Shown here piece by piece: positions 9,501 to 16,822 of a stretch of 31,528 nt of DNA (within the stretch, counting starts at the first letter, position 1; every line of letters starts with the position of its first letter). The position numbers and the translations under genes are program-made. A model generated the notes under the pieces. The model had not been told where the DNA came from. It did no database searches and was given only the letters and a program-made list of their open reading frames with translations. The stretch comes from Verrucomicrobiota bacterium (lineage in GTDB: Bacteria > Verrucomicrobiota > Verrucomicrobiia > Limisphaerales > Palsa-1400). The stretch spans positions 1 through 31,528 of the forward strand of contig JBEKYR010000054.1 in NCBI GenBank assembly GCA_049510745.1, written 5' to 3'.

Positions 9501-9975
9501 AAACGAGCGGACTCTCATTGCATCCATTCTTCCGGCTCGCGCGTGCTTTAGTCACAAGTTGATGTATTTGACGCCGTGCCGCTACAGTCTTGGAGCGACA
9601 GGAAAGTTGAAACAAGAAGAAGTCCCCCTTCAAGACGGGCAGGCGCTGCTTACCCTGATGAATTCGCTCACGTTGAACTTCTACGTTCGCAGCAAGGTTT
9701 CCACCGGCGTCAGCGTGCATCATCTGTACGAACTCCCCATTCCCAACTTGGATCCCCCCGCCCGCAAGCAGCTCGCAGGTACGGCGGACAAGCTTTTAAA
9801 AAACCCGCGCGACGTGAAAGAACGCGCCGCGCTGGAAGTCTTCATCGCCCGCGAACTTTACGGCCTGTCGCTGGACGACTGGAAACATCTCACCGCCACC
9901 TTCACCTTCGGCAGCGGCCCAACCAAAGACGAGCTGGACGAAATCATCCGCCTCTCCCTCAACCTTTGGGTCTAA
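6514..9975 (+). CDS. Type IIG/IIL single-chain restriction-modification enzyme (endonuclease + N6-adenine methyltransferase + target recognition domain)
   Basis: N-terminal PD-(D/E)xK nuclease (VDFML...LELK...QVKKY...ILTD), GIFYTP, motif I DTGCGSGGFL, IFGVD, motif IV IIGNPPW, and a C-terminal TRD-like region (LAYREVGSSTNERTLIA). Confidence 0.88.
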   Translation: MNYTEILNALREFTSRTRIEFLPPAPAAAPLSDYAPIQKYVLDLKNVVKPETAAEDLFTALCKDVLGFQPTRQVGSREGWVDFMLPEPRGEPLPLELKPLFQRDGPNALWRADANPQQHVAQVKKYLRDHEYLILTDLRTAWFFSARDFFFELKPFAELPFADFFARCRETGSILDTLRRLEDTAEKPELEQQFFEDLKIWFNEFDRVKWTPPEQAAESIILLINKLIFARTIEDYGLVQYRFTQDEYTRFTKLWEPKGAHRVVPKFLDFFEEFFDEYYDTEIFSQRIWARLDKDPANLQRFCSKLNFVLGINTWDQTFSRGIVHYNYRRIDEDIFGKSYEMFLAANRKDEGIFYTPAAITRPMADSLVNSLAGKLVDEICHAVSSQTCDFARADKLMAQLAEIRVADTGCGSGGFLIKVLRAFWQQYQRIDQASAWVQKILKPENGEMYLAEMPPNVEAAIAFRRRQNLDNRRVLIAQILLRHIFGVDKDPGALAVAKTNIWKEAVKLSPADYNYRLLKTDVVRILPNLELNFHSADSLVDVELGKQAGWLAEYHQAELKKLSDLRARYIDDPMRHEPLEEALALRNKVRANLIEHFQSENLPCPPGCFALHFWPCWFTPDGRQREVSGFHGIIGNPPWEGFKPIRKEFAANFYRGKPQFSKMGMDGPAFEKWFEEELKTNQGFAARWREHEAYYERYKEFFGKTFQRQGTGDWNLFKLFIERDLSLVRQGGQFSLLVPSGFQTDEGCADLRRWFITEHRLDELTSFENRGYTVIENGREKTKHIFPDVDSRFKFGFFKVVKGAPTSKDHAFDARFYLHDPKDAFATPIRYNLEMVSAFSPDNLAFMEFRTPTDYELGKKIRGNHALLGSLGYQFRRELHLTGDARFLHKLGSKKLDSHEMPLLEGKSIFQYDAKFSPPSWCVEESEVRVELLRKEVFRIADFIRDNATKVFEGKPLPQTRDAVEKAIQAVFEDRKFKLHYEFERLAYREVGSSTNERTLIASILPARACFSHKLMYLTPCRYSLGATGKLKQEEVPLQDGQALLTLMNSLTLNFYVRSKVSTGVSVHHLYELPIPNLDPPARKQLAGTADKLLKNPRDVKERAALEVFIARELYGLSLDDWKHLTATFTFGSGPTKDELDEIIRLSLNLWV

Positions 9976-10089
9976 GCGCCATTCGGAACCCCTTGCAGTG
10001 CAATATCCCCAAATCGCTCATTTCTGAGAAAACTCTCTCACCACGAAGCGCGAACACGAGGTTTTGAATACGCGCATCTGGATGGTTTT

Positions 10090-10119
10090 ATCCGTGTTTA
10101 TCCGTGTCCATCCGTGGTT
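10090..10119. repeat. Three tandem 10-mers with an ATCCGTG core
   Basis: ATCCGTGTTT ATCCGTGTCC ATCCGTGGTT. Confidence 0.85.
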
Positions 10120-10163
10120 GAAAATTGGGTTGCGGCTGCCGCGCTGTGCCTCACGCCCTTCCC

Positions 10164-10191
10164 GTCCGCCGTAGCCTCGGCGAAGGCGGAT
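10164..10191. repeat. REP-like imperfect palindrome
   Basis: TCCGCC-GTAGCCTCGGCGAA-GGCGGA inverted arms. Confidence 0.6.
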
Positions 10192-10212
10192 GCGTTTCGT
10201 CTGGAAAAACGC

Positions 10213-10241
10213 TTGCAAGTTCCATAGAAACGTGGTAATAT
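10213..10241 (+). promoter_or_regulatory. Sigma70-type promoter
   Basis: TTGCAA-17 bp-TAATAT with an extended -10 TG. Confidence 0.7.
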
Positions 10242-10327
10242 CTCATTCGATGAAACCTGGATTCATCACCTTGGGCAGGACGGCCTTCGGCTCCAGCCGA
10301 TCCGCCGGCGCCCCGGCTTTTGCTCCA

Positions 10328-10358
10328 CTTCTTCCTTCTTCCTTCATCCTTCATCCTT
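10328..10358. repeat. Heptamer tandem repeat CTTC(T/A)TC x4
   Basis: CTTCTTC CTTCTTC CTTCATC CTTCATC CTT. Confidence 0.85.
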
Positions 10359-10365
10359 TTGACTT

Positions 10366-10569
10366 ATGACCCGCAACGGTAGAATCGCCCGCCTCCCCCT
10401 GGCCATCCGCCAGCAACTCAATCAACGCCTGCAAGACGGTGAGATCGGCGCTCGCCTCCTTGAATGGCTCAACTCCCTGCCCGAAGTCCAGGCCGTCCTG
10501 GCCGCTCATTTCAACGGCCAGCCCAGCAACGACCCCAACCTCACCGACTGGAAACAGGGCGGTTCCTGA
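10366..10569 (+). pseudogene. Truncated DUF3486/phage Mu gp27-like protein (N-terminal 67 aa)
   Basis: MTRNGRIARLPLAIRQQLNQRLQDG...WLNSLPEV...NLTDWKQGG then an abrupt stop where a foreign PEP-CTERM sequence begins. Family assignment is from recalled motif similarity. Confidence 0.55.
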
Positions 10570-10647
10570 ACCGAATCCCCTCGCTTTAACGGGACTTGGA
10601 GGTCTCCTGTTTGCGCTGTTCCGCCGCTTGCGCCCAAGCGCCAATGA
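10562..10647 (+). pseudogene. Orphan PEP-CTERM sorting tail (gene remnant)
   Basis: VPEPNPLALTGLGGLLFALFRR, then APKRQ* in a shifted frame; no upstream body or signal peptide. Confidence 0.75.
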
Positions 10648-10718
10648 AATTGCAAATCGCCATTGTTGTCATCGCGTAATTCAGCCAGTGTTACGTCACA
10701 TCTCTCTGCCGCTGCCCA

Positions 10719-11804
10719 TTAGCGTGCCTGGACCAGGACCTGGAATCGCTCCCCGAGGTGTTCCGGGTGGGTCAGCGTCTGAAACTGGCGGACGCGTTGC
10801 TGGTTCCACGGTTCAAAGGTTTCGGGCCGGGCATGGGTTTGGGCGAGAATACGCGTCAGGAATTGCCCCTGCCGCAGCAGGCCCTCCGTGCGCAGGCCGG
10901 CCGCGCGCCCGGCCTCCTCAAGCGCCGAAAAATTCACGTGCGCCGTCAGGTCCTGTCCGCCGGGATGCGCCAGCAAATCCACGCTGGCCCGGTGCCGCCT
11001 GAAAGCCCGCAAGGTGCCCTGCGGCCGCTCCGGACGAAACCACCCGTCCCCGGCGAAGCCGTAGTCAATTGTCAATAATCGTCCTCGCCGCAACGCGGCC
11101 GCCGCGGCGCGCCACCACGCCGCGGCCAGCGGGGCCGACTCCACGATGAAACCGTCCGGCAGCACCGCCGCCAGTTCGCCGGGGACCCCCGGCAGGCACG
11201 TCGCCGCCTCCGCGTCCGCCGCGCCCAGGCGCCAGACAAACGTTTCCCCCTCAACGGCCACGCGCCATTCCCGCCACGTTCGCCCCGCGGCATCCCAGGC
11301 CAGTCGATGGACCGGCAGCGCGTCCAGAAACTCATTCGAAAAAATGATGCCCGAAACCTGGCCCGCGCCCAGGCTGGCGATGTCCGGCGCCCAGGCCAGC
11401 CGACGCCGCCAGGGAAGCAGGGTTTTCTCCTGCCAGGCGCGGCGCACCGGGGAAGGATCGAGCAGGCAATACTCCAGGCGGGCCAACAGGTCAGGACGGC
11501 GGCGGTCCAGCCAGGCCAGAATATCGGCGGCCAGCCGCCCGTCGTGCGCCCCCGCTTCGACGAAGCGGACATTGCCCTCCGGCAACCCGGCGTCCACCCA
11601 TTGGGCAAATTGAAAGGCCAGCAGTTGGCCGAAGAGCGGGCCGACGCTGACGCTGGTAAAGAAATCGCCGCCGCGCCCCGGGACGCGCGGGCGTTCATAA
11701 TAGCCCAGGCCGGGCGCATAGAGCGCCAGTTCCATGAAGCGGGCGAAGGTAATGGGACCCGCGCTCAGGATTTCCCGGCGCAGGCGGCGGCCAAGGGCAT
11801 TCAT
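10719..11804 (-). CDS. SAM-dependent methyltransferase, MidA/NDUFAF7 family
   Basis: GPITFARFMELALY...GYY, GDFFTS, VEAGAHDG, SNEFLDALP, IDYG, DLTAHVNF. Confidence 0.92.
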   Translation of the reverse strand: MNALGRRLRREILSAGPITFARFMELALYAPGLGYYERPRVPGRGGDFFTSVSVGPLFGQLLAFQFAQWVDAGLPEGNVRFVEAGAHDGRLAADILAWLDRRRPDLLARLEYCLLDPSPVRRAWQEKTLLPWRRRLAWAPDIASLGAGQVSGIIFSNEFLDALPVHRLAWDAAGRTWREWRVAVEGETFVWRLGAADAEAATCLPGVPGELAAVLPDGFIVESAPLAAAWWRAAAAALRRGRLLTIDYGFAGDGWFRPERPQGTLRAFRRHRASVDLLAHPGGQDLTAHVNFSALEEAGRAAGLRTEGLLRQGQFLTRILAQTHARPETFEPWNQQRVRQFQTLTHPEHLGERFQVLVQAR

Positions 11805-11829
11805 GGGCTTGCACTCTCCGCCGAATCTG

Positions 11830-11842
11830 GTACAAGTTGTAC
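11830..11842. promoter_or_regulatory. Candidate operator palindrome in a divergent promoter region
   Basis: GTACAA-G-TTGTAC, overlapping a possible -10 (TTGCAC 11809 - 16 bp - TACAAG 11831). Confidence 0.4.
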
Positions 11843-11864
11843 ATCAGATAGCATCAATCTTTGT

Positions 11865-12959
11865 ATGGCGAGAATAGACGCGCTTTTCAATTTAATGTTT
11901 GAGCAAAAAGCCTCGGACCTCCACCTGTCGTCGGGGAACCCGCCCATCTTGCGCATCAACGGCGAGTTGACGCGGGTGGATTACCCGCCGTTGGAGGACG
12001 ACCAATTGAAGGTGATGCTCTACGAAATCGCGCCGGAGTACAAGATCAAGACCTTCGAGGAAACGGGCGACGTGGATTTTGGCTATGAAATTGTGGGCGT
12101 CTCGCGCTTCCGGGCCAATTTCTTCACCCAGAAGTACGGCATCGCGGCCGTCTTCCGGCAAATCCCGACCAAAGTGCTCTCCTTCGATGACTTCGAGAAA
12201 CTCGACGCGCCGTTCCCGCCGGTGCTCAAGAAGTTCGCCATGTTGCACAAGGGATTGATCGTGGTGACCGGCCCGACCGGATCGGGCAAATCCACCACCC
12301 TGGCGGCGATGGTCGATTACGCCAACAAGAACCGACGCGACCACATCATCACGGTCGAAGACCCGATTGAATTCGTGCATGAGAGCAAAGGCTGCCTGGT
12401 CAATCATCGTGAAGTGGGCATCCACACCAAGTCTTTTGCCTCCGCCCTGCGCGGAGCGCTGCGCGAGGACCCGGACATCATCCTGGTGGGCGAGTTGCGC
12501 GACCTGGAAACGATCGAGCTGGCGCTGACGGCCGCCAGCACGGGGCACCTGGTTTTCGGGACCTTGCACACCCAAAGCGCCGCCAAGACGGTGGACCGCA
12601 TCATCGACGTTTTTCCGGCCGACCAGCAAAACAAAGTGCGGGCGACGTTGTCCGAATCGCTCAAGGGCGTGGTGGCGCAGAATCTGTTCAAGCGGGTGGA
12701 CCGCAAGGGGCGGGTGGCGGCGCTGGAGATATTGATCTTCAACACGGCGGTGGCCAACCTGGTGCGCGAGGGCAAAACCCACCAGATTCCCGGCATGATC
12801 CAGGTGGGCAAAAAATTCGGCAACACCCCCCTGGACGATTCCATCATGGACCATCTCAAGCTCAAGCGCATCTCGGCCGAGGAGGCCTATGACAAGTGCA
12901 TTGACAAAAAGAAATTCCGGCCCTTTCTCTCTCATCCGCCGGACGAAGACGAAATGTAA
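11865..12959 (+). CDS. pilT: Type IV pilus retraction ATPase PilT
   Basis: Real start ATG 11865 (MARIDALF...ASDLHLS); GPTGSGKSTT, EDPIE, LREDPDIILVGELRD, TGHLVFGTLHT, AVANLVRE. Confidence 0.93.
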   Translation: MARIDALFNLMFEQKASDLHLSSGNPPILRINGELTRVDYPPLEDDQLKVMLYEIAPEYKIKTFEETGDVDFGYEIVGVSRFRANFFTQKYGIAAVFRQIPTKVLSFDDFEKLDAPFPPVLKKFAMLHKGLIVVTGPTGSGKSTTLAAMVDYANKNRRDHIITVEDPIEFVHESKGCLVNHREVGIHTKSFASALRGALREDPDIILVGELRDLETIELALTAASTGHLVFGTLHTQSAAKTVDRIIDVFPADQQNKVRATLSESLKGVVAQNLFKRVDRKGRVAALEILIFNTAVANLVREGKTHQIPGMIQVGKKFGNTPLDDSIMDHLKLKRISAEEAYDKCIDKKKFRPFLSHPPDEDEM

Positions 12960-12979
12960 AACCGGATTCCCCATAATTT

Positions 12980-14209
12980 ATGCGTCGCAGCGAACTTGAT
13001 TACATCCTCTGCATCATGCTGGGCCTGGACCGCCAGACCGAAACGGTCATCCGCAGGCGCACCGAGGTGTCGGACCTGAACTTCACCGTGGACCGCCCCT
13101 TGCAAGTGGAACAAAACGGCGAGTTGGTGCCGGTGGGGTGCAATCCGCCCATTGACAGCCTGACGCCCTACCAGACGGAGATGATTGCACTCAACCTGAT
13201 CAACGGCAATCCCCGCCTGACGGAGGATTTGGTCCGCGCCGGCTCGTGCGACTCCTCCTACAGCGTGGCCGACCGCTTGCGCTTTCGGGTGAACATCTTC
13301 AGCCAGCGGGGCAAATACTCGATCGTGATGCGCAAATTGAACACGGAAATTCCCTCCCTGGCGCAACTCCAACTGCCCGAGATTTTTCAGCAGGTCTGCG
13401 CGGAAAAGACCGGCCTGGTGCTGGTCACCGGCGCGACCGGCTCCGGCAAGTCCACCACCCTGGCGGCCATCTGCAACGAGATCAACACCAACAAAGCCGT
13501 CCATATTATCACCCTCGAAGACCCGGTCGAGTTTGTGCATCCCCACAAAAAATCCACCTTCAACCAGCGGGAAATGGGAAATGACTTCAGCAGCTTTGCC
13601 GGCGGTCTGAGGGCCGCCTTGCGCCAGGCGCCGAAGGTGGTGCTGGTGGGCGAAATGCGTGACCGCGAGACGGTGGAGATCGGCTTGAGCGCCGCCGAAA
13701 CCGGGCATCTGGTGCTGAGCACCTTGCACACCATCGACGCCGGCCAAACCGTCAACCGCGTCCTGGGCATGTTCGAGCCGGACGAGCAGGAACAGATTCG
13801 CATCCGGCTCTCGGATACCTTGCGCTGGGTCATCAGCCAGCGGCTGGCGCCGCGCGTGGGGGGCGGACGCCACGCCCTGTTGGAAATCATGGGGGCCAAT
13901 CTCCGCACCAAGGACACTATTGTTCACGGCGAGACCGAGGGGAAGAGTTTCTACGAGATCATCGAGTCCAGCTACACCTTCGGCTGGCGCAACTTCGACC
14001 AGGCCTGCCTGGAAGCCTATGAACAAAATCTGATCACCGAGGAGACGGCCCTGCTCTATTGCAGCAAGCGCGGCTTCGTTGCCCGCGGCATCGACAGCGT
14101 CAAAAAGTCCCGCGGCGAACGCGTCACCAGCACGGACTTGAAAATGAAGGACGAACCCGTCAAGCATAGCCCTCTGCCCAAGTTCCCCCCCACCCTCAAA
14201 TTAAAATGA
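12980..14209 (+). CDS. Second PilT/PilU-family ATPase
   Basis: GATGSGKSTT, EDPVE, LRQAPKVVLVGEMRD, TGHLVLSTLHT; lacks the AIRNLIRE motif. Confidence 0.9.
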   Translation: MRRSELDYILCIMLGLDRQTETVIRRRTEVSDLNFTVDRPLQVEQNGELVPVGCNPPIDSLTPYQTEMIALNLINGNPRLTEDLVRAGSCDSSYSVADRLRFRVNIFSQRGKYSIVMRKLNTEIPSLAQLQLPEIFQQVCAEKTGLVLVTGATGSGKSTTLAAICNEINTNKAVHIITLEDPVEFVHPHKKSTFNQREMGNDFSSFAGGLRAALRQAPKVVLVGEMRDRETVEIGLSAAETGHLVLSTLHTIDAGQTVNRVLGMFEPDEQEQIRIRLSDTLRWVISQRLAPRVGGGRHALLEIMGANLRTKDTIVHGETEGKSFYEIIESSYTFGWRNFDQACLEAYEQNLITEETALLYCSKRGFVARGIDSVKKSRGERVTSTDLKMKDEPVKHSPLPKFPPTLKLK

Positions 14210-14212
14210 TTC

Positions 14213-14674
14213 ATGGAAGAGTTTGAAATCATCGGCCCGCAGGACCAGCCCGCCCTCCTGGCCATCAGCACTCCCGACGCCGTGGCGGGCGCCAAGACGA
14301 CCCTGACCGAAATGGGCTACAAGGTCCACGTCGTGGACAGCTACGAACAGTTCGACCTCCGCTTCAGCCAGGTCAATTACCAGGTCGTCATCATCGAGGA
14401 GACTTTCGCCGGGAGCAATTTGCTGGACAATCCGACGCTGCGCTGGGTGCAAAACCTGCCCATGAACCAGCGGCGTCACGCCGCCATCTTTTTGCTCGGC
14501 GGGTCGCTGGAAACGCTCAACGCGCTCCAGGCCTTCTCCCTGAGCGTCCATTGCGTCATCAATTACTCCGAATTCCCCGTGCTGGCGGAATTGGTGCAAA
14601 AGACCGTGGCCGAGAATGAAATGTTCCTGACCACCTTCCGCGAGGCGCAGCGGCGCGTTTATCAAAAAGGCTAG
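14213..14674 (+). CDS. Hypothetical protein, possibly a degenerate receiver-like alpha/beta fold
   Basis: Host-like codon usage and tight operon spacing; ALLAI...LTEMGYKVHVV...YQVVIIEE pattern, with no Asp at the phosphoacceptor position. Confidence 0.7.
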   Translation: MEEFEIIGPQDQPALLAISTPDAVAGAKTTLTEMGYKVHVVDSYEQFDLRFSQVNYQVVIIEETFAGSNLLDNPTLRWVQNLPMNQRRHAAIFLLGGSLETLNALQAFSLSVHCVINYSEFPVLAELVQKTVAENEMFLTTFREAQRRVYQKG

Positions 14675-14678
14675 TCCT

Positions 14679-15428
14679 GTGCCACGCCCGCGGCTCGACC
14701 AGGCCCTCGTCCAACGCGGCCTCTGCCCCAGCCGCGAGAAAGCCAGACGCGCCATTCTCGCCGGCCAGGTCCGCGTCGGCGGCCAGCTCGCCCGCAAGCC
14801 GAGCGACCCGGTCGCGCCCGAAGACCAGTTGGCCCTGGCCGCCCCCGAACGCTACGTCAGCCGCGGCGGCGCCAAGCTCGAACATGGCCTGCGCCATTTC
14901 GGCCTGGACGTCCAGGGGATCACCGCCATTGATCTGGGCGCTTCCACCGGCGGGTTCACCGATTGCCTCTTGCAGCACGGCGCGGCCCGCGTCTATGCCG
15001 TCGATGTCGGGCGCGGCCAACTGGCCTGGAAACTGCGCCAGGACGCCCGCGTGGCCGTCATGGAAAAAACCAACGCCCGCTTTCTCACCCGCGCCGCCTT
15101 CCCGGCCTCCTTTGCCGGGGCCGGCCTGATCGTGGCGGACTGTTCGTTCATCTCCCTGCAAAGAATCCTTCCGGCTGCCGTTGCATTGCTGGCCGATTCG
15201 GGTAAAATCCTCGCCCTGGTGAAGCCCCAATTCGAGGCCGGCAAAGCGGAAGCCGCCCGCGGCAGGGGCGTCATCCTCGACCCTGCAATTCACGCTCGTG
15301 TCTTGAACGAACTGAAAACATTCGCCACCGAAATAGCCGGCCTGCGCTGGAGGGGGGAAACTCCGTCTCCACTCCTCGGTCCGGCCGGCAACAAGGAATT
15401 CCTGGTTTTGCTTGAAAAAAACCGCTGA
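14679..15428 (+). CDS. tlyA: TlyA-family rRNA methyltransferase
   Basis: S4 domain RLDQALV, YVSRGGAKL, DLGASTGGFTDCLLQ, DVGRGQL, SFISL, LVKPQFE, GNKEF. Confidence 0.95.
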   Translation: MPRPRLDQALVQRGLCPSREKARRAILAGQVRVGGQLARKPSDPVAPEDQLALAAPERYVSRGGAKLEHGLRHFGLDVQGITAIDLGASTGGFTDCLLQHGAARVYAVDVGRGQLAWKLRQDARVAVMEKTNARFLTRAAFPASFAGAGLIVADCSFISLQRILPAAVALLADSGKILALVKPQFEAGKAEAARGRGVILDPAIHARVLNELKTFATEIAGLRWRGETPSPLLGPAGNKEFLVLLEKNR

Positions 15429-16296
15429 AAAACTGCCCCGCGTTGGCTTGATCGCCAATTTCGAGAAATCTTCCAGCCGCGCCGTCGTCCTGGCGGCGGC
15501 GCAGTTGATTGCCCGTTCCGGGCGCGCCCTGGCCGCCAACACGGAAACCGCCCGCCTGGCCGGATTGAAGTGCGACGTTTTTGCCGACTCGGCCGCCCTG
15601 GCCGCGCAGGTGGACTTGCTCCTGGTCTTCGGGGGCGACGGCACGATGCTGCGGGTGGTCCGCGAAATCAACGGCTCGAACGCTCCCATTCTGGGCATCA
15701 ACGTCGGCCGGCTCGGCTTCCTCACCGCCGTTTCCTCCAAGGACCTGGCCGCCGCGCTCGAAAAACTCTGGCGCAACGAATTTGTCATCGAAACCCGGCC
15801 GCTCATCGAAGTCACTGGCCGGTGCCGGGGCAAGCTCATCCGCATGTCCGCGCTCAACGACGTAGTCATCAGCCACGGCGCCGTCTCCCGGCTGATTGAG
15901 CTGGACGTCTCCGTCAACAATAAGCCCTTGACCCGCTACCGTGGCGACGGCCTCATCGTCAGTTCTCCGACCGGCTCGACGGCCTATTCGCTCTCGGCGG
16001 GCGGCCCGATCATCAGTCCCGGAGCCGATGTCCTGGCCATCACCCCGATCTGCGCGCACGCCCTTTCCAATCGCCCGGTCATTATCAGCCTCAGCTCGCT
16101 CGTGCGGGTGGAACTTGTCAGCAAGGAGATGGACACGATTGTGGCGGCGGATGGCCAAATCCAGGCTAATCTGACCGCGGGCGACGCGGTCACAATCCGC
16201 TGCAGCCGCCGCCGGGTGCGGTTGTTGCACCTGGACGACAGCTCGTTTTTCGAGACGATCCGGCGGAAACTGCGCTGGAGCGGGTCGTCGGTTTGA
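15412..16296 (+). CDS. nadK: NAD kinase
   Basis: GGDGTML, GINVGRLGFL, ALND, GDGLIVSSPTGSTAYSLSAGGP. Confidence 0.96.
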   Translation: MKKTAEKLPRVGLIANFEKSSSRAVVLAAAQLIARSGRALAANTETARLAGLKCDVFADSAALAAQVDLLLVFGGDGTMLRVVREINGSNAPILGINVGRLGFLTAVSSKDLAAALEKLWRNEFVIETRPLIEVTGRCRGKLIRMSALNDVVISHGAVSRLIELDVSVNNKPLTRYRGDGLIVSSPTGSTAYSLSAGGPIISPGADVLAITPICAHALSNRPVIISLSSLVRVELVSKEMDTIVAADGQIQANLTAGDAVTIRCSRRRVRLLHLDDSSFFETIRRKLRWSGSSV

Positions 16297-16323
16297 CGCG
16301 GCGGTGGTGCTGCATTGGAATGT

Positions 16324-16501
16324 TCAACCAGGACCGAAAAATTGATTGACAATTTTCCACGGTGAGGCAATCAGTGGGCAATCAACGTCACTCGCTCCCA
16401 ATTCGATCTTCAACATCTGCTGGTCGATATTCTTAATGTGCGAATCGCTTGATATGAGAATGGACATTGACGTCAACCGCGACCAGCGTGAGCTTTGGCA
16501 T
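16324..16501 (-). pseudogene. PIN-domain (VapC-like) toxin with a large internal deletion and frameshift
   Basis: ATG 16501 after GGAGG gives MPKLTLVAVDVNV (PIN beta1 'VDxNV'). This is joined at about 16462, out of frame, to ILISSDSHIKNIDQQMLKIELGASDVDCPLIASPWKIVNQFFGPG* (PIN C-terminal 'xxSxD' strand). Confidence 0.68.
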
Positions 16502-16646
16502 GTCCGCCCCCTCCGTAAATCATGGACAAACCCTTCTTCAAAAGGCTTTCGCGCTTTCTATCCGTAAAGGCGTTCGCCTTCGATCTGGCTTTTTCCGCGC
16601 CAATCGTGCCGACAGTTTTGTCCTGGGGTTCCTGTTCCTTTTTCAT
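16473..16646 (-). CDS. Putative antitoxin, 57 aa (not in the ORF track)
   Basis: MKKEQEPQDKTVGTIGAEKARSKANAFTDRKRESLLKKGLSMIYGGGGHAKAHAGRG*; overlaps the start of the PIN remnant by 29 nt. Confidence 0.6.
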   Translation of the reverse strand: MKKEQEPQDKTVGTIGAEKARSKANAFTDRKRESLLKKGLSMIYGGGGHAKAHAGRG

Positions 16647-16794
16647 ATTGCGCGCATTTTCATGCGGGTTTGTTTTGCCATGATGGTCTTCTCATGTCCA
16701 GCATTTCCCAAATCCTTTTCACTCGTTTTAATTCAGCACGTATTATTCCATAATGGACACGATTGTGGCAACCAACAGCCGGATTCATTGGCCA

Positions 16795-16822
16795 ATCTGT
16801 GTTCATCTGTTCATCTGTGGCT
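16795..16822. repeat. ATCTGT(G)-core short tandem repeat, related to 10090-10119
   Basis: ATCTGTGTTC ATCTGTTC ATCTGTGGCT. Confidence 0.75.

Noticed and set aside
6514..9975. BREX PglX or DISARM methyltransferase
   Set aside because: No brx/pgl/drm partner genes nearby, and the protein has its own N-terminal nuclease motif.
10090..10358. CRISPR array
   Set aside because: Units are 7-10 bp and tandem, with no unique spacers and no cas genes.
4852..10700. Prophage or integrative element
   Set aside because: No integrase, transposase, att direct repeats or structural phage genes seen; only a single gp27-like stub.
10439..11002. 187-aa ORF containing VPEP as an intact PEP-CTERM protein
   Set aside because: The motif is internal, there is no signal peptide, and the rest overlaps other genes; better explained as a remnant tail.
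11307..11864. 186-aa N-terminal extension of PilT in the ORF track
   Set aside because: It overlaps the opposite-strand MidA-like gene; PilT homology begins at ATG 11865.
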